64,000 nucleotides of DNA from Verrucomicrobiota bacterium (GCA_046346705.1 JAXMHR010000012.1:109131-173130), one strand, 5' to 3'. Positions 36,944 to 46,037 are shown, numbered from the stretch's first letter. Program-made: numbers and translations. The notes: a model not told the origin generated them from the letters alone.

Positions 36944-37602
36944 TGGGACTTCTGCCGCGAGTTGCGGATTTGGAGCAGTTCGTCGGCGTCGGCCAGTCCG
37001 TTGCCATTCGTATCGAAATGTAGGAGTGCCTTTTGTTCCTCCAGATACCCAGGAGTCGGAGAAGCCGGATCGTTGGCCATGCGGCCGGCGAAGTAAGCGG
37101 GGATGCCGGTGATCTTTCCTGCGGCGACATCCTTCATCATGACCTTGGTCTCCTCCTTGCTCAGTTTGCCGTCCTTGTCTGCGTCGTACGTTTCCCGAAG
37201 AATCCTGGTTTCCGCCTCCCACGCCACACGCCATTCATCGCCGGCCATCTCCCCGTCCTTGTAGCGATCATACTTGGCGAGGAAGTCCGCGGGGATCTGG
37301 AATTCCGCACGCTTGGACAACCGCTCTGCCTTCAGGTCCAGTCGCATGCTTTCCCGCTCCGAAGGATCCAGTCGCCCGTCGCCATTCTTGTCGTACTTCA
37401 CGAGCAGATCGGCCCGCACCTTCTTTGGGTCCGGAGGTGGATCATCCGCCAGGATGCTGGACGCCAAGGCGAGGAACAGGAATGCCTGGAGCCCGGTGGC
37501 CGGGTTCCTCCTTGCCCAAGGAAGGGAGTGGGAATGGGGATGGAAAATCATGGCGTGGCACGCGTGAGTCTGAAGGAAACTCAACAGGGATCCCAGAGAC
37601 AA
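36940..37602 (-). CDS. Secreted EF-hand calcium-binding protein
   Basis: Three canonical 12-residue EF loops are present: DKNGDGRLDPSE, DADKDGKLSKEE, DTNGNGLADADE. A degenerate loop DRYKDGEMAGDE is also present. The signal-like segment is GLQAFLFLALASSILA. The start is ATG 37602 or ATG 37551. Confidence 0.8.
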   Translation of the reverse strand: MSLGSLLSFLQTHACHAMIFHPHSHSLPWARRNPATGLQAFLFLALASSILADDPPPDPKKVRADLLVKYDKNGDGRLDPSERESMRLDLKAERLSKRAEFQIPADFLAKYDRYKDGEMAGDEWRVAWEAETRILRETYDADKDGKLSKEETKVMMKDVAAGKITGIPAYFAGRMANDPASPTPGYLEEQKALLHFDTNGNGLADADELLQIRNSRQKSQ

Positions 37603-37683
37603 CGAGCGTTGGGAGGAATTCCTGACCTGGGCCTAGCGGATGAGGATTCCTAGGGTCGACTGCGGAGGGTTGGGAGTTCGGCG

Positions 37684-39066
37684 TCAGGGGTTTCGAGATT
37701 CCAGAGCGCTGGCAGACGGCTGGATGCAATACAGTCGGGACGCGGACCGGATCAGGAGTCGGTTTCCGGAGATGGCGGGCGTGGCCATGCACATGTCGTC
37801 GTCGGACAGCCGGTTGATGCGCAGCAACTCGAATCGGTCTCCGGCCCGAACCACGTAGCAGGCGCCGTCTTCGTTCAGGCAGTAGATTCGTCCGTCGACA
37901 GCCCACGGGGAGGCGGTGAAGGCGAAGCCGTCGGGAAGGCGCTCGCGGTCGTAGAGGACTTTTCCCGTCTTGGCGTTCACGGCACTCAGAAGTCCGCGGT
38001 CGAACAACACGTAAAGCCTTCCCTCATAGTACAGCGGGGACGGATTGTAGGGGCCCCCGGTCGGATCCGACCAGGCCACGAAGGCATTGTTGGTTTCTCC
38101 CGGCTTCAGGGAAATGTCGCCTTGGGCACCCGGCCGCAGGGCGTAGAGCGGACGGAATTTGTCCCCGACATAGCCGGACGAGACAAAGAGCAGGTCATCG
38201 CCGGCGCAGGGCGTTGGAATGGCAATGCTCGACATGCCCCGCAGCGACCAGAGTTCCTGTCCGTCGAGGGTGTAGCTGCGGACCGCCCGGGTTCCGGTCG
38301 TCACCAATTCGGTGCGGCCGGAATGTTCCCAAACGAACGGAGTGGACCAGTTGCTCTTTTCGTCCCGGTTCACGCGCCAGAGTTCGCGCCCGGTTGCGGC
38401 GTCGAGGGCGAGGAGTTCGGCTTGGTCTTCATTGTCGTTGAGGAGAAAGAGTCTCCCCTGATGCAGGACTGGTGAAGCGGCGGTTCCCCATCCGTACCGG
38501 GTTAAACGGGGGTCAAGTGGGCGTGACCAGACGGGCTCGCCGGCGGTGGTCAGGGCGAACACACCAACGCCTCCGAAGAGGGCGTAGATGCGTTCGCCGT
38601 CTGTCACCGGCGTCTCCGCGCCATAGCTGCTCTTGAGGTGAATGGACGTTTTCGGGACACCGCGATGGACGGTCCGGTCCCACGCTATGGAACCCGTCGC
38701 GAGATCGAGACCGATGACTCTCCATTGGTGCTCCGATTTGGGCGGCTCGGGACGATCACCACCAAAGTAGAGCCCTTTTCGAGGCGGTTCCGAATCCCCG
38801 GAATTGACCACGGTGGAAACAAAGACGAGGGGACCCCAGGTCACCGGCGACGACCAGCTGCGACCGGGGATCGCGGTCTTCCACGCCACCGAATTCGTCG
38901 CCGACCAGTCGTCCGGGAGCTTCGCGGTCGTGGCAACTCCGGCGCTGTGGGGTCCTCGGAACTGGGGCCAGTTTTCCTGGGCCTCTACTTCGGAGTGGCG
39001 AGACCACGCGAGACAGGCTGCGGACATCCAGAGAACGCGAAGCAGTCGGGCCTGGGGGGTGAACAC
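37684..39066 (-). CDS. PQQ-like (BamB/YVTN-type) beta-propeller repeat protein, secreted
   Basis: The N-terminal motif NWPQFRGP.. is followed by repeated propeller blades (..VYALFGG.., ..LLALDAATGRELWR.., ..LSAVNAKTGKVLY.., ..IYCLNEDGACYVV). The start is uncertain: GTG 39066 (signal-like FTPQARLLRVLWMSAACLAWS), ATG 39027 or ATG 39189. Confidence 0.75.
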   Translation of the reverse strand: MFTPQARLLRVLWMSAACLAWSRHSEVEAQENWPQFRGPHSAGVATTAKLPDDWSATNSVAWKTAIPGRSWSSPVTWGPLVFVSTVVNSGDSEPPRKGLYFGGDRPEPPKSEHQWRVIGLDLATGSIAWDRTVHRGVPKTSIHLKSSYGAETPVTDGERIYALFGGVGVFALTTAGEPVWSRPLDPRLTRYGWGTAASPVLHQGRLFLLNDNEDQAELLALDAATGRELWRVNRDEKSNWSTPFVWEHSGRTELVTTGTRAVRSYTLDGQELWSLRGMSSIAIPTPCAGDDLLFVSSGYVGDKFRPLYALRPGAQGDISLKPGETNNAFVAWSDPTGGPYNPSPLYYEGRLYVLFDRGLLSAVNAKTGKVLYDRERLPDGFAFTASPWAVDGRIYCLNEDGACYVVRAGDRFELLRINRLSDDDMCMATPAISGNRLLIRSASRLYCIQPSASALESRNP

Positions 39067-39200
39067 TTCGAAACCAAGGCACACGGATCCCGGGCTCGGA
39101 AGGGAAAAATGGCGGTTCCGACTCGGTCCGTGTTCGTTGGGGAACCGGGCGGGGTCAGCAAAGGATTGATGATGTCGCGGACTTGGCAAACGCTGCGCGC

Positions 39201-40010
39201 ATGCTTCGTCCGAGAAAAAAATACACGGTGTACGACCTTCAGCAGCTCAAGGGGCGGCGTGTCCTGACCCATGTCCATGTGAAGTCGCCGGAGGAGGCTG
39301 CCGCGGCGGAGTCGGCCGGGGTGGACCTGATGAGCTGCAGCTTTGATTCCCCGGAGGCACAGGCGCGCCTTCCGAAGCTCGTGTCCGCGGCGCCCAACAG
39401 CTTTCTTTCCGCCGCGACTCCCCACGGGATGGCGTCGCCCGAGGAGGCGATCCGGACCGGATTCCGTGCGATCGAACTGGGCGCCAGCTCGGTTTATTGC
39501 TCGGCGAGTCCGCGGATGATCGAGGCGATGGCGCGCGAGGGATTGCCGGTGGTGGGGCATCTCGGACTGGTGCCGCGGCATGTCACCTGGACAGGATACC
39601 GCGCCATCGGAAAGACGGAGGCCGAGGCGCGACAATTGTTCGACCGGATGAAAGCCCTGGAGAGTGCAGGGGCGTATGCCGCGGAACTGGAATGCGTCCC
39701 GCACAACCTGGCGCGATTCCTGAGTTCCCGGACGCGAATGCTGTTGATGTCCCTGGGTTCCGGAAGCGGGTGTGACACCCAGTTCCTGTTTTCGGACGAC
39801 ATCCTCGGAGACTACGAGGAGCGCCCGCCGCGCCATGCGAAGGCCTATCGAAATTTTTTGGAGGAACACCGCCGCCTGCAGCGGGAGCGCATCTCCGCGT
39901 TTGGGGAGTACGTGGCGGATGTCCGGGAAGGACGGTTTCCGGAGCGTTCCCACCTGATCGAGATGGATTCCGACGTGCTCCAGAAGGTGATCGATTCCCT
40001 CGGGACGTGA
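39201..40010 (+). CDS. panB: 3-methyl-2-oxobutanoate hydroxymethyltransferase (PanB) family protein, divergent
   Basis: The C-terminal two-thirds align by eye with E. coli PanB: VVGHLGLVPRHV (GHLGLTPQ), ELECVP (LECVP), MSLGSGSGCDTQFLFSDDILG (IGIGAG..DGQILV.HD.LG), and the VREGRFPE tail. The N-terminal half is much less canonical. Confidence 0.6.
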   Translation: MLRPRKKYTVYDLQQLKGRRVLTHVHVKSPEEAAAAESAGVDLMSCSFDSPEAQARLPKLVSAAPNSFLSAATPHGMASPEEAIRTGFRAIELGASSVYCSASPRMIEAMAREGLPVVGHLGLVPRHVTWTGYRAIGKTEAEARQLFDRMKALESAGAYAAELECVPHNLARFLSSRTRMLLMSLGSGSGCDTQFLFSDDILGDYEERPPRHAKAYRNFLEEHRRLQRERISAFGEYVADVREGRFPERSHLIEMDSDVLQKVIDSLGT

Positions 40011-40014
40011 AGCA

Positions 40015-41532
40015 CTACGGCACCGTCGCGAGTTCGTAGCAAACCGCCTCCTGATCATTACGCACCAGGAGATACGGTCCTGCGACGGCCGGGTTGTTCC
40101 AGGTCTTGCTGCTGAGGGCGGGGATGCGTCCCAATTCGCGATAGGTGTCCGGGCGGGCTTCAACGAGGGCGACAAAGCCTGGTTCGGATTGAACCAGGAT
40201 CAGGTCGTCAACCAGCAGGGTCTGGCCGGATCCGTAGCGGCCGTCCTTCCAGAGACGCTTCCCGGTCGCCACTTCACACGAGCCGGCGCGATGTCAATGT
40301 CGAGCCCCGCGAGCGCTCGAAGCGCATGCCGGCCATTGATGAACTGATCGCTTCATCGACTTGCCGCGCCGGTGTTCGGTGGCGGCGGCCTATCAGCAAC
40401 GAAGAGCTTCACCTGATCAGGACACAGCCGGCTCCATACCCGCGGAAAGAAGGCCGATCCTCGTCCAGGACGACCGGGTTGGGAACACTTGGGATTCTTT
40501 TTCGTTTCCCCACGCAAAACGCCACCAGGAGCGGCCACGCTGTCCGGGGTCAATCCGGCAACGCCCTGGCGACCCGATCACGAGAATCTGCCGGCGTCCG
40601 CCGAGTGGCCTCGGACGCCAAGCACGCCGTAGCCGTCTCGCTGTTCCCGGACCAGAGCAGCTGTCCAGTCCAGCAGCATAGGCCCAGCCGGCGCCGCCTC
40701 GAGGAGTTCGTTCCTCCACTGACGATAAGCTTTCCGCCGGTCACCAGCGGGGCGGAACTCTTGCCCCAGGTGTCGTTGTTTAGGTGGTTGGTCTTGAGGA
40801 CATCCACGGTCCAGATCCGGCGACCCGTGGTGAGATCCGAACAATCGAGGATTCCCGTGGCTCCGAAGGCGTACACGCGTTGCTGGCGATGGTGGGGGTC
40901 GCTCGCGGACCATCGCCGCCGAGGAACTCGGTGAAGCGGGCGAGGTTGGTGTGGGACCAGACGAGGGTGCCGGTGCGCAGGACCCGCGCCGTGACGAGTT
41001 CATCCCCGGCGGCCTGCTCCTGGGTGATGGCGGGCGGAGGCCACGAACCCGGACCATCAATCCGACCGGAATCACCAAAGTTCACGGGGAGGCGAGGCGC
41101 TCCGGAAATCCCGGGCCAGACGGGCCCCTTCCGGCCGTTGCGCTGGGGACCGAGGAATTGGGGGAACTGATATTGGAGGTCGGGAACTGGCGGCCGGGGG
41201 CGCGGGCGGTGGGGTGGGTTCTGGAGGCGGGCTCGCGCGAAGGGTTGCCATCCTTGAATTACGGTGCCCAGCGCCAAACCAGTTTCGGGATTCCCGTCCC
41301 GCTCCCGGCGTTCTCGGGGCGGGTTGTCCGATCTGACGGCAAGCACGGCGGCCGCGACCGCACCCAACCACGCGAGACGCTTCCACCGCAGTCCGCTGCC
41401 GAGGGCATGTCCAGGCGGCATCAGGATGGCCCCGAGCAGGACCGCGGCGAGGTTCAGCCAGGCGCGGGGGAAATTTGCGGTCCAGATCCCCGGGAACCTG
41501 CAGCAGGACCGAAGCAGAATCGTGAACCCCAC
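40015..41532 (-). pseudogene. PQQ-like beta-propeller gene broken into at least 3-4 reading frames (possible 5' extension to ~41794)
   Basis: Collinear fragments lie in different minus-strand frames. ORF 40780..41532 carries TM helices plus FPQFLGPQRNG..ELVTARVLRTGTLVW. ORF 40550..40876 carries YAFGATGILDCSDLTTGRRIWTV..APLVTGGKLIVSGG. ORF 40417..40719 carries ..GGRRQILVIGSPG... ORF 40015..40272 carries the C-terminal blade ..LILVQSEPGFVALVEA..PAVAGPYLLVRNDQEAVCYEL. Confidence 0.7.
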
Positions 41533-42027
41533 GATGATCCAGGGACCTCGCCGGCGGGGCGGGAACTGTTGGGAGAGGGGACGTCGTTCAAGCCGGCTGC
41601 TGTTGAAGTGGAGGGGACCGTTGTCAATGGATTTCCGGGGGAAGGGGTGGCCGGGCGCAGCCGTTCGTGGTCCGGCCTTCAGGCTGCTCCCCCGCCCAAT
41701 GGGCGACGCTGATTACCAGGGAACAGGCTAAAGCCTGCACTACCAACACTCGCGGCGCCCGGGGGGAATTTTCACCGCCCGGATCCTTCCTCATCTCGAC
41801 AGCCCGTGCCGGGATTTCGTTGGCTCGGTGAAAAAAGAGCGTCTCATCTTCGAAAGGCTGCGCGGACTGCGCGCCAGCGACGAGGAGCGTCTCAGTTGGC
41901 GAGAAGCCTCGCCGCCAGCCCCGCCGAGCAGGTGGGCGCGCCACAGAGACTTCCTCCGCTCGGCTTGTCTCGGCGCTCGAAGGGGAAGGGATTCGTTAAC
42001 TCGTAATGCCTTGAAGTTAGCTCCGGC

Positions 42028-43278
42028 TTACTTCCGCCTCAGGTGGAATTCGGCGAATTCCAGAAACTTGATCCAGTCGAACATCTCGATGGAATGGCCA
42101 CCGGGACGATTGTGGTAACCGACATCGGATTGGACGATGGCTTCGCCGACTGCCGGAGAGGCTTCCATGGTGAGCCCCTTCTTCCCCAGCAACCGATACA
42201 CGGCGCTGGCGTAATAGGCGGAAAGGTACTCGCCGCGGGGATCCGCCCATGTGTCGTCCACACCGCTGTGGACATAGACCGGACGTGGTGCGATGCACGC
42301 GAGCAACATGTGCTGATCGACTGGCAGGTCGTCCTCGTTGCGGACAAACTTCCACGCATTCCGGCAGAGCCAGTACGGAAAGCGGGTGACCATCTTCTCC
42401 ATGTTCTCCCCGAAGTTTCGTTTCCATAGCGCCGCACCTGCGCAGCCGGATTCGGCGGAAATCACGAGGGCAAACCGCGTGTCCTGGGCGGCGGTCCAGA
42501 GCGTCGCCTTGCCCATTTTGGAGTGGCCCATGATCGCCACGCGTCGGGCGTCGATATCCCGGTCGGTCTCCAGGTAGTCCATCGACCGGGACGCACCCCA
42601 GGCGGCCATGGAAATGCAGCCCCATTCGTAGGCTTTCGGGAAGCTTTGTCCGGTGTGATAGAACAATGGCGCAATCCCCGAAAGAAACTCGACCTCGTTG
42701 TGGCGCACGAGATCGCCGTTCGGAACTACGACGAAGCCGAATCCCCGCTGGAGGAATTCGCCGAGTGGAATTCCGTTCCGCAGAAACCCGGGGCGATCCG
42801 GATTCGCGTCATGTCCCGTGTCCTTGGTGTTGGCGAAGCTGTGGAGCAGGAATGCGGGTGCCGGTCCCGAAACACCGTTGGGAGTGAAGACCAGAATCTG
42901 CATCTCCACCTTGCCTCTCGCGTTTTCGAAGCGGAGACGGACGTCCTTCCGGGTGGCTTTCCCTCCCATGAACTCACGGTCGATCTTTACCACTTCGAAT
43001 GTGGTTCGGATCGGGGATTCCGGCTCCGGGACCACGCCGTAAACGAGGTTTCCAAACAGCGCCAGGATTTGGGGGCGGCGAATTTGGAACCACTCCTCGG
43101 GCGAGGTGATGGGTTTGCCCTCGGTGGAGACGAGCAGCGGAGGCAGATCGTAGGGAGGGACTTTGGCCTCGTCGTAAACAACATCCCGGTCGTGGTTCTT
43201 GGGTTCGTCGGACTGGAGTAAGGGCGCAACCAACAGGAGGCCCATAATCAAGGTCAGGTGTTTCAAGGAGAGATTCAT
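42028..43278 (-). CDS. Carbohydrate esterase family 15 (glucuronoyl esterase-like) alpha/beta hydrolase
   Basis: Signal peptide: MNLSLKHLTLIMGLLLVAPLL. The CE15-type nucleophile context is VAIMGHSKMGKATLWTAAQDTRFALVIS (GHS(R/K)xGK). The C-terminal motif is ..GYHNRPGGH... Confidence 0.75.
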   Translation of the reverse strand: MNLSLKHLTLIMGLLLVAPLLQSDEPKNHDRDVVYDEAKVPPYDLPPLLVSTEGKPITSPEEWFQIRRPQILALFGNLVYGVVPEPESPIRTTFEVVKIDREFMGGKATRKDVRLRFENARGKVEMQILVFTPNGVSGPAPAFLLHSFANTKDTGHDANPDRPGFLRNGIPLGEFLQRGFGFVVVPNGDLVRHNEVEFLSGIAPLFYHTGQSFPKAYEWGCISMAAWGASRSMDYLETDRDIDARRVAIMGHSKMGKATLWTAAQDTRFALVISAESGCAGAALWKRNFGENMEKMVTRFPYWLCRNAWKFVRNEDDLPVDQHMLLACIAPRPVYVHSGVDDTWADPRGEYLSAYYASAVYRLLGKKGLTMEASPAVGEAIVQSDVGYHNRPGGHSIEMFDWIKFLEFAEFHLRRK

Positions 43279-43298
43279 GGTGGGAGAAGGTAGGTGAG

Positions 43299-43883
43299 TT
43301 AGGACCCAGTTTTGCGGGAGTGGCTCCAGTCACATTCGTTTTGGCCAACGGCCTTCGCGAACTCCAGAAGGGACGCGGCGACTTCCGGCGTCCAGTTCAG
43401 CTGTCTGCGAAAGAGCCGCCGGGGCGCGCGAATCGTGAACTGGAGGCGAGGCCGGGAGTCATGGCCCACGACGAGGGCCCATTCGACGGTCGATCCAAGG
43501 TGTCGGTCGGGCAGCGGGTCCATGGCGACGAGCATGCGCGAAGGGCGGAACAACCCCAGAAACCGAGGCCAAAATCCGGGAGGATGGGCATCCGGCACCG
43601 GATCCGTCCCCACGTCCCCACTCTGTTGAAGGAATCGCTGCAGGCAGTCCCGGTTTCCCGGGGTACAGGGAAAAAATCCGATCCAGTGGTCTCCCGCCGA
43701 CACCGTCTTGAAGACGATCTGGGTCCTTCCGTCGGGAAGCTGACACAGGGTCGGGGACAGTTCGCCGTGGCCATTTGAAAACGCCAGGGGCGGGAACTCC
43801 CGGAGCGGGACGCCGAGGAGACGGTCGTTGCGGATGGAATCCAGCCCCAAACCGGTCAGCAATCGGTCATACCAGTCGGGCAC
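43299..43883 (-). CDS. Hypothetical protein (no recognisable domain)
   Basis: 194-codon ORF packed between the PEP-CTERM gene (30-nt gap) and the CE15 gene (20-nt gap) on the same strand. Composition is coding-like, but I recognise no motif. Confidence 0.5.
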   Translation of the reverse strand: MPDWYDRLLTGLGLDSIRNDRLLGVPLREFPPLAFSNGHGELSPTLCQLPDGRTQIVFKTVSAGDHWIGFFPCTPGNRDCLQRFLQQSGDVGTDPVPDAHPPGFWPRFLGLFRPSRMLVAMDPLPDRHLGSTVEWALVVGHDSRPRLQFTIRAPRRLFRRQLNWTPEVAASLLEFAKAVGQNECDWSHSRKTGS

Positions 43884-43913
43884 AACGTGGGGATCGTGCT
43901 CAGGAAATGCGGT

Positions 43914-44627
43914 TCAGCGGGCGCAGTTCGTCCTGCGCGACCGTCGCACTGCGGCTCCAAAGAGGAGAAGTCCTCCCGCAATCCAACCCGTTGTAAAGGG
44001 CTCGGGAATCGCACTGAGCATTTCGTCGGACGACGCGAAGGAGATTCCGTTGAGCTTCAGGAAGAAGGGGGAGGAGTCGGTTCCCTGAAGGGCAAAGATG
44101 AAGGTGTTGGCGCCGGATAGGATGCCGGGTTGGTAGCCGGCGAAGGTCCGGACGTCGAAAAACAGGGTTGAAGGCGTCGAGGAGTTTACCGTGATCGCCG
44201 TGTTTCCGAGGGTGTACGGACTGACGGAACTCTGGATCTCGAGGGCGACGGTTCCATTGCCATTGACCTCCGGGATATCGAGGCGAAGGAAGGGCGTCGC
44301 GGTGAGGTCCACGGTGAAGCCATCGTAGGATAGGTTGGCGAGTCCAGCCTTGCCGGGATCGCAAACGTATCCGAAGGCATGGTTGAGGATCTGACCTTGG
44401 AACAGTCCCCCGGTGGCGCCCGCCATGAAGGTGCGGGTGGCGGATTGGCCGTCGATCTGCACAGTCTGGGCGGTGGAAACCGGAATGGGGCTGCCTCCCG
44501 AATTGATGACGACCGGACTATCCACGGAGAAATCGTCAATCAGGACCGAGGCTTCCAGGGTTGGGACGGAAAGCAGCAGCGTCGCAAAAAGGGATGGGAA
44601 GTGGGACAGGGTGGGGTTCGTGTTCAC
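43914..44627 (-). CDS. PEP-CTERM sorting-domain protein
   Basis: The C-terminus is IPEPFTTGWIAGGLLLFGAAVRRSRR (PEP motif, TM helix, Arg cluster). The signal-like N-terminus from GTG 44627 is (M)NTNPTLSHFPSLFATLLLSVPTLEA. ATG 44723 is a possible alternative start. Confidence 0.8.
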   Translation of the reverse strand: MNTNPTLSHFPSLFATLLLSVPTLEASVLIDDFSVDSPVVINSGGSPIPVSTAQTVQIDGQSATRTFMAGATGGLFQGQILNHAFGYVCDPGKAGLANLSYDGFTVDLTATPFLRLDIPEVNGNGTVALEIQSSVSPYTLGNTAITVNSSTPSTLFFDVRTFAGYQPGILSGANTFIFALQGTDSSPFFLKLNGISFASSDEMLSAIPEPFTTGWIAGGLLLFGAAVRRSRRTNCAR

Positions 44628-44822
44628 GGAAAGCCGGATGGGAGGTATTGTTGAAGCGCCTAAATCGGAAACCATCGAAGAAATTGGGTAAACCCTGACC
44701 CGCCGCCCGAAAGCGTCAAGCAACCGTGTCAGGTTGGACGTCTACACAGTCGGAACCGGGTGCGACAAGGTGTCATTCCAATTGTCCGGTTCGCGAATCG
44801 GCGGCCATATATCCCATAAACC

Positions 44823-46004
44823 GTGACATCGGATGCTCAGCTGCTGCGGGAATTCGCGGCTACGGGATCGGAGGCAGCCTTCACTGAACTGGTGGGGCGG
44901 CACGGTCCGGTGGTTTTCGCGGCCGCCCTGCGGCAGACGGGCAATCCCCATCTTGCCGAGGAGGTGACCCAGGCGGTCTTTCTCCTCCTCGCCCGAAAGG
45001 CGGCTTCGCTGTCCGGCGAGGCGGTCCTGATCGGATGGCTGATGAAGGCCACCCGGTTTGCCGCCCGGGACCTGCTTCGGAGCGAGCGCCGACGGCTGGA
45101 ACGGGAAACGACCGCCTATCACATGAATGAATCCCATTCCTCTTCGATTCCTGACGCCGATGGCGGACGCCTGTGGGACCGCATTGCGCCCGTTCTGGAC
45201 GGCTGTCTTGCCCGCCTGCGGGAGGCGGACCGCAACGCGATCCTTCTGCGCTTCTTTCAAAACAGGCCGCTGGCGGAAGTGGGCAGTGCGCTGGGGATCG
45301 CGGAGGAAGCCGCCCGAAAACGCGTGACCCGGGCGCTCGAACGTCTTCGTGAGGAACTCCGGCGGGACGGTGCCGTGGCCTCCCTGGCGGTCCTTCCAGA
45401 CTTGTTGTCCCGCCAGGCGGTCCCTGTTGGCCCGGTGGAATTGGTGGGCACGACGGTGTCAACGGTCCTGGGGACCAATGGAGGAGCACCTGTCCGGGCG
45501 ACGATTTTGTCCAAGGTCCTCGCCCGGGACCTCGCATGGTCGGGACTCCGGATCTGGTTTGCCACCGCGGCGACCGCGGTCGCGCTCGTAGGCGGGGCGC
45601 TCTGGGTCCGTGAGACCGTCGGTTCCCGGGATCTGGCGCCGAAGGTGACGGCGGAAGGGGATTACCGGGTCGCCGGATTTCCGGATCCGTTGGTGGTGCA
45701 CCGCTTCATCCGCAACCTCCAACGGGAGTTGCGGGCGGGCGAGCGTGAGACCGTGGCTTCCTGGGTTCGGTACCCCCTGCGGGTGCAGGGCGCGGCTTTG
45801 GAGTCCCGGGTGGAAAGTCCCGCAGCCGTCCTCGCCATGTTCGAGCGGGTGTTCACAGAATCCGTGGCGGGGGAGATTCTCAAATGTCCCGCCCAGCGGC
45901 TGCATTGTACGGCCGAGGGGGTCATGATTGGAGGAGGCTCGGTCTGGATTGCGCCCGAGCCCAAAACGGGTGAGCCTCGGATCACGCTGGTGAATCTCCC
46001 ATGA
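44823..46004 (+). CDS. ECF-type sigma-70 family factor fused to a transmembrane helix and a ~130-aa C-terminal domain
   Basis: Region 2 reads FTELVGRHGPVVFAAALRQTGNPHLAEEVTQAVFLLLARK. Region 4 reads LREADRNAILLRFFQNRPLAEVGSALGIAEEAARKRVTRALERLR. A TM helix (LRIWFATAATAVALVGGALWV) and a further soluble domain follow in the same ORF. Confidence 0.85.
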   Translation: MTSDAQLLREFAATGSEAAFTELVGRHGPVVFAAALRQTGNPHLAEEVTQAVFLLLARKAASLSGEAVLIGWLMKATRFAARDLLRSERRRLERETTAYHMNESHSSSIPDADGGRLWDRIAPVLDGCLARLREADRNAILLRFFQNRPLAEVGSALGIAEEAARKRVTRALERLREELRRDGAVASLAVLPDLLSRQAVPVGPVELVGTTVSTVLGTNGGAPVRATILSKVLARDLAWSGLRIWFATAATAVALVGGALWVRETVGSRDLAPKVTAEGDYRVAGFPDPLVVHRFIRNLQRELRAGERETVASWVRYPLRVQGAALESRVESPAAVLAMFERVFTESVAGEILKCPAQRLHCTAEGVMIGGGSVWIAPEPKTGEPRITLVNLP

Positions 46005-46037
46005 GCTGAACCCTCATCGTCTCCTCCAAGGTCTCCC

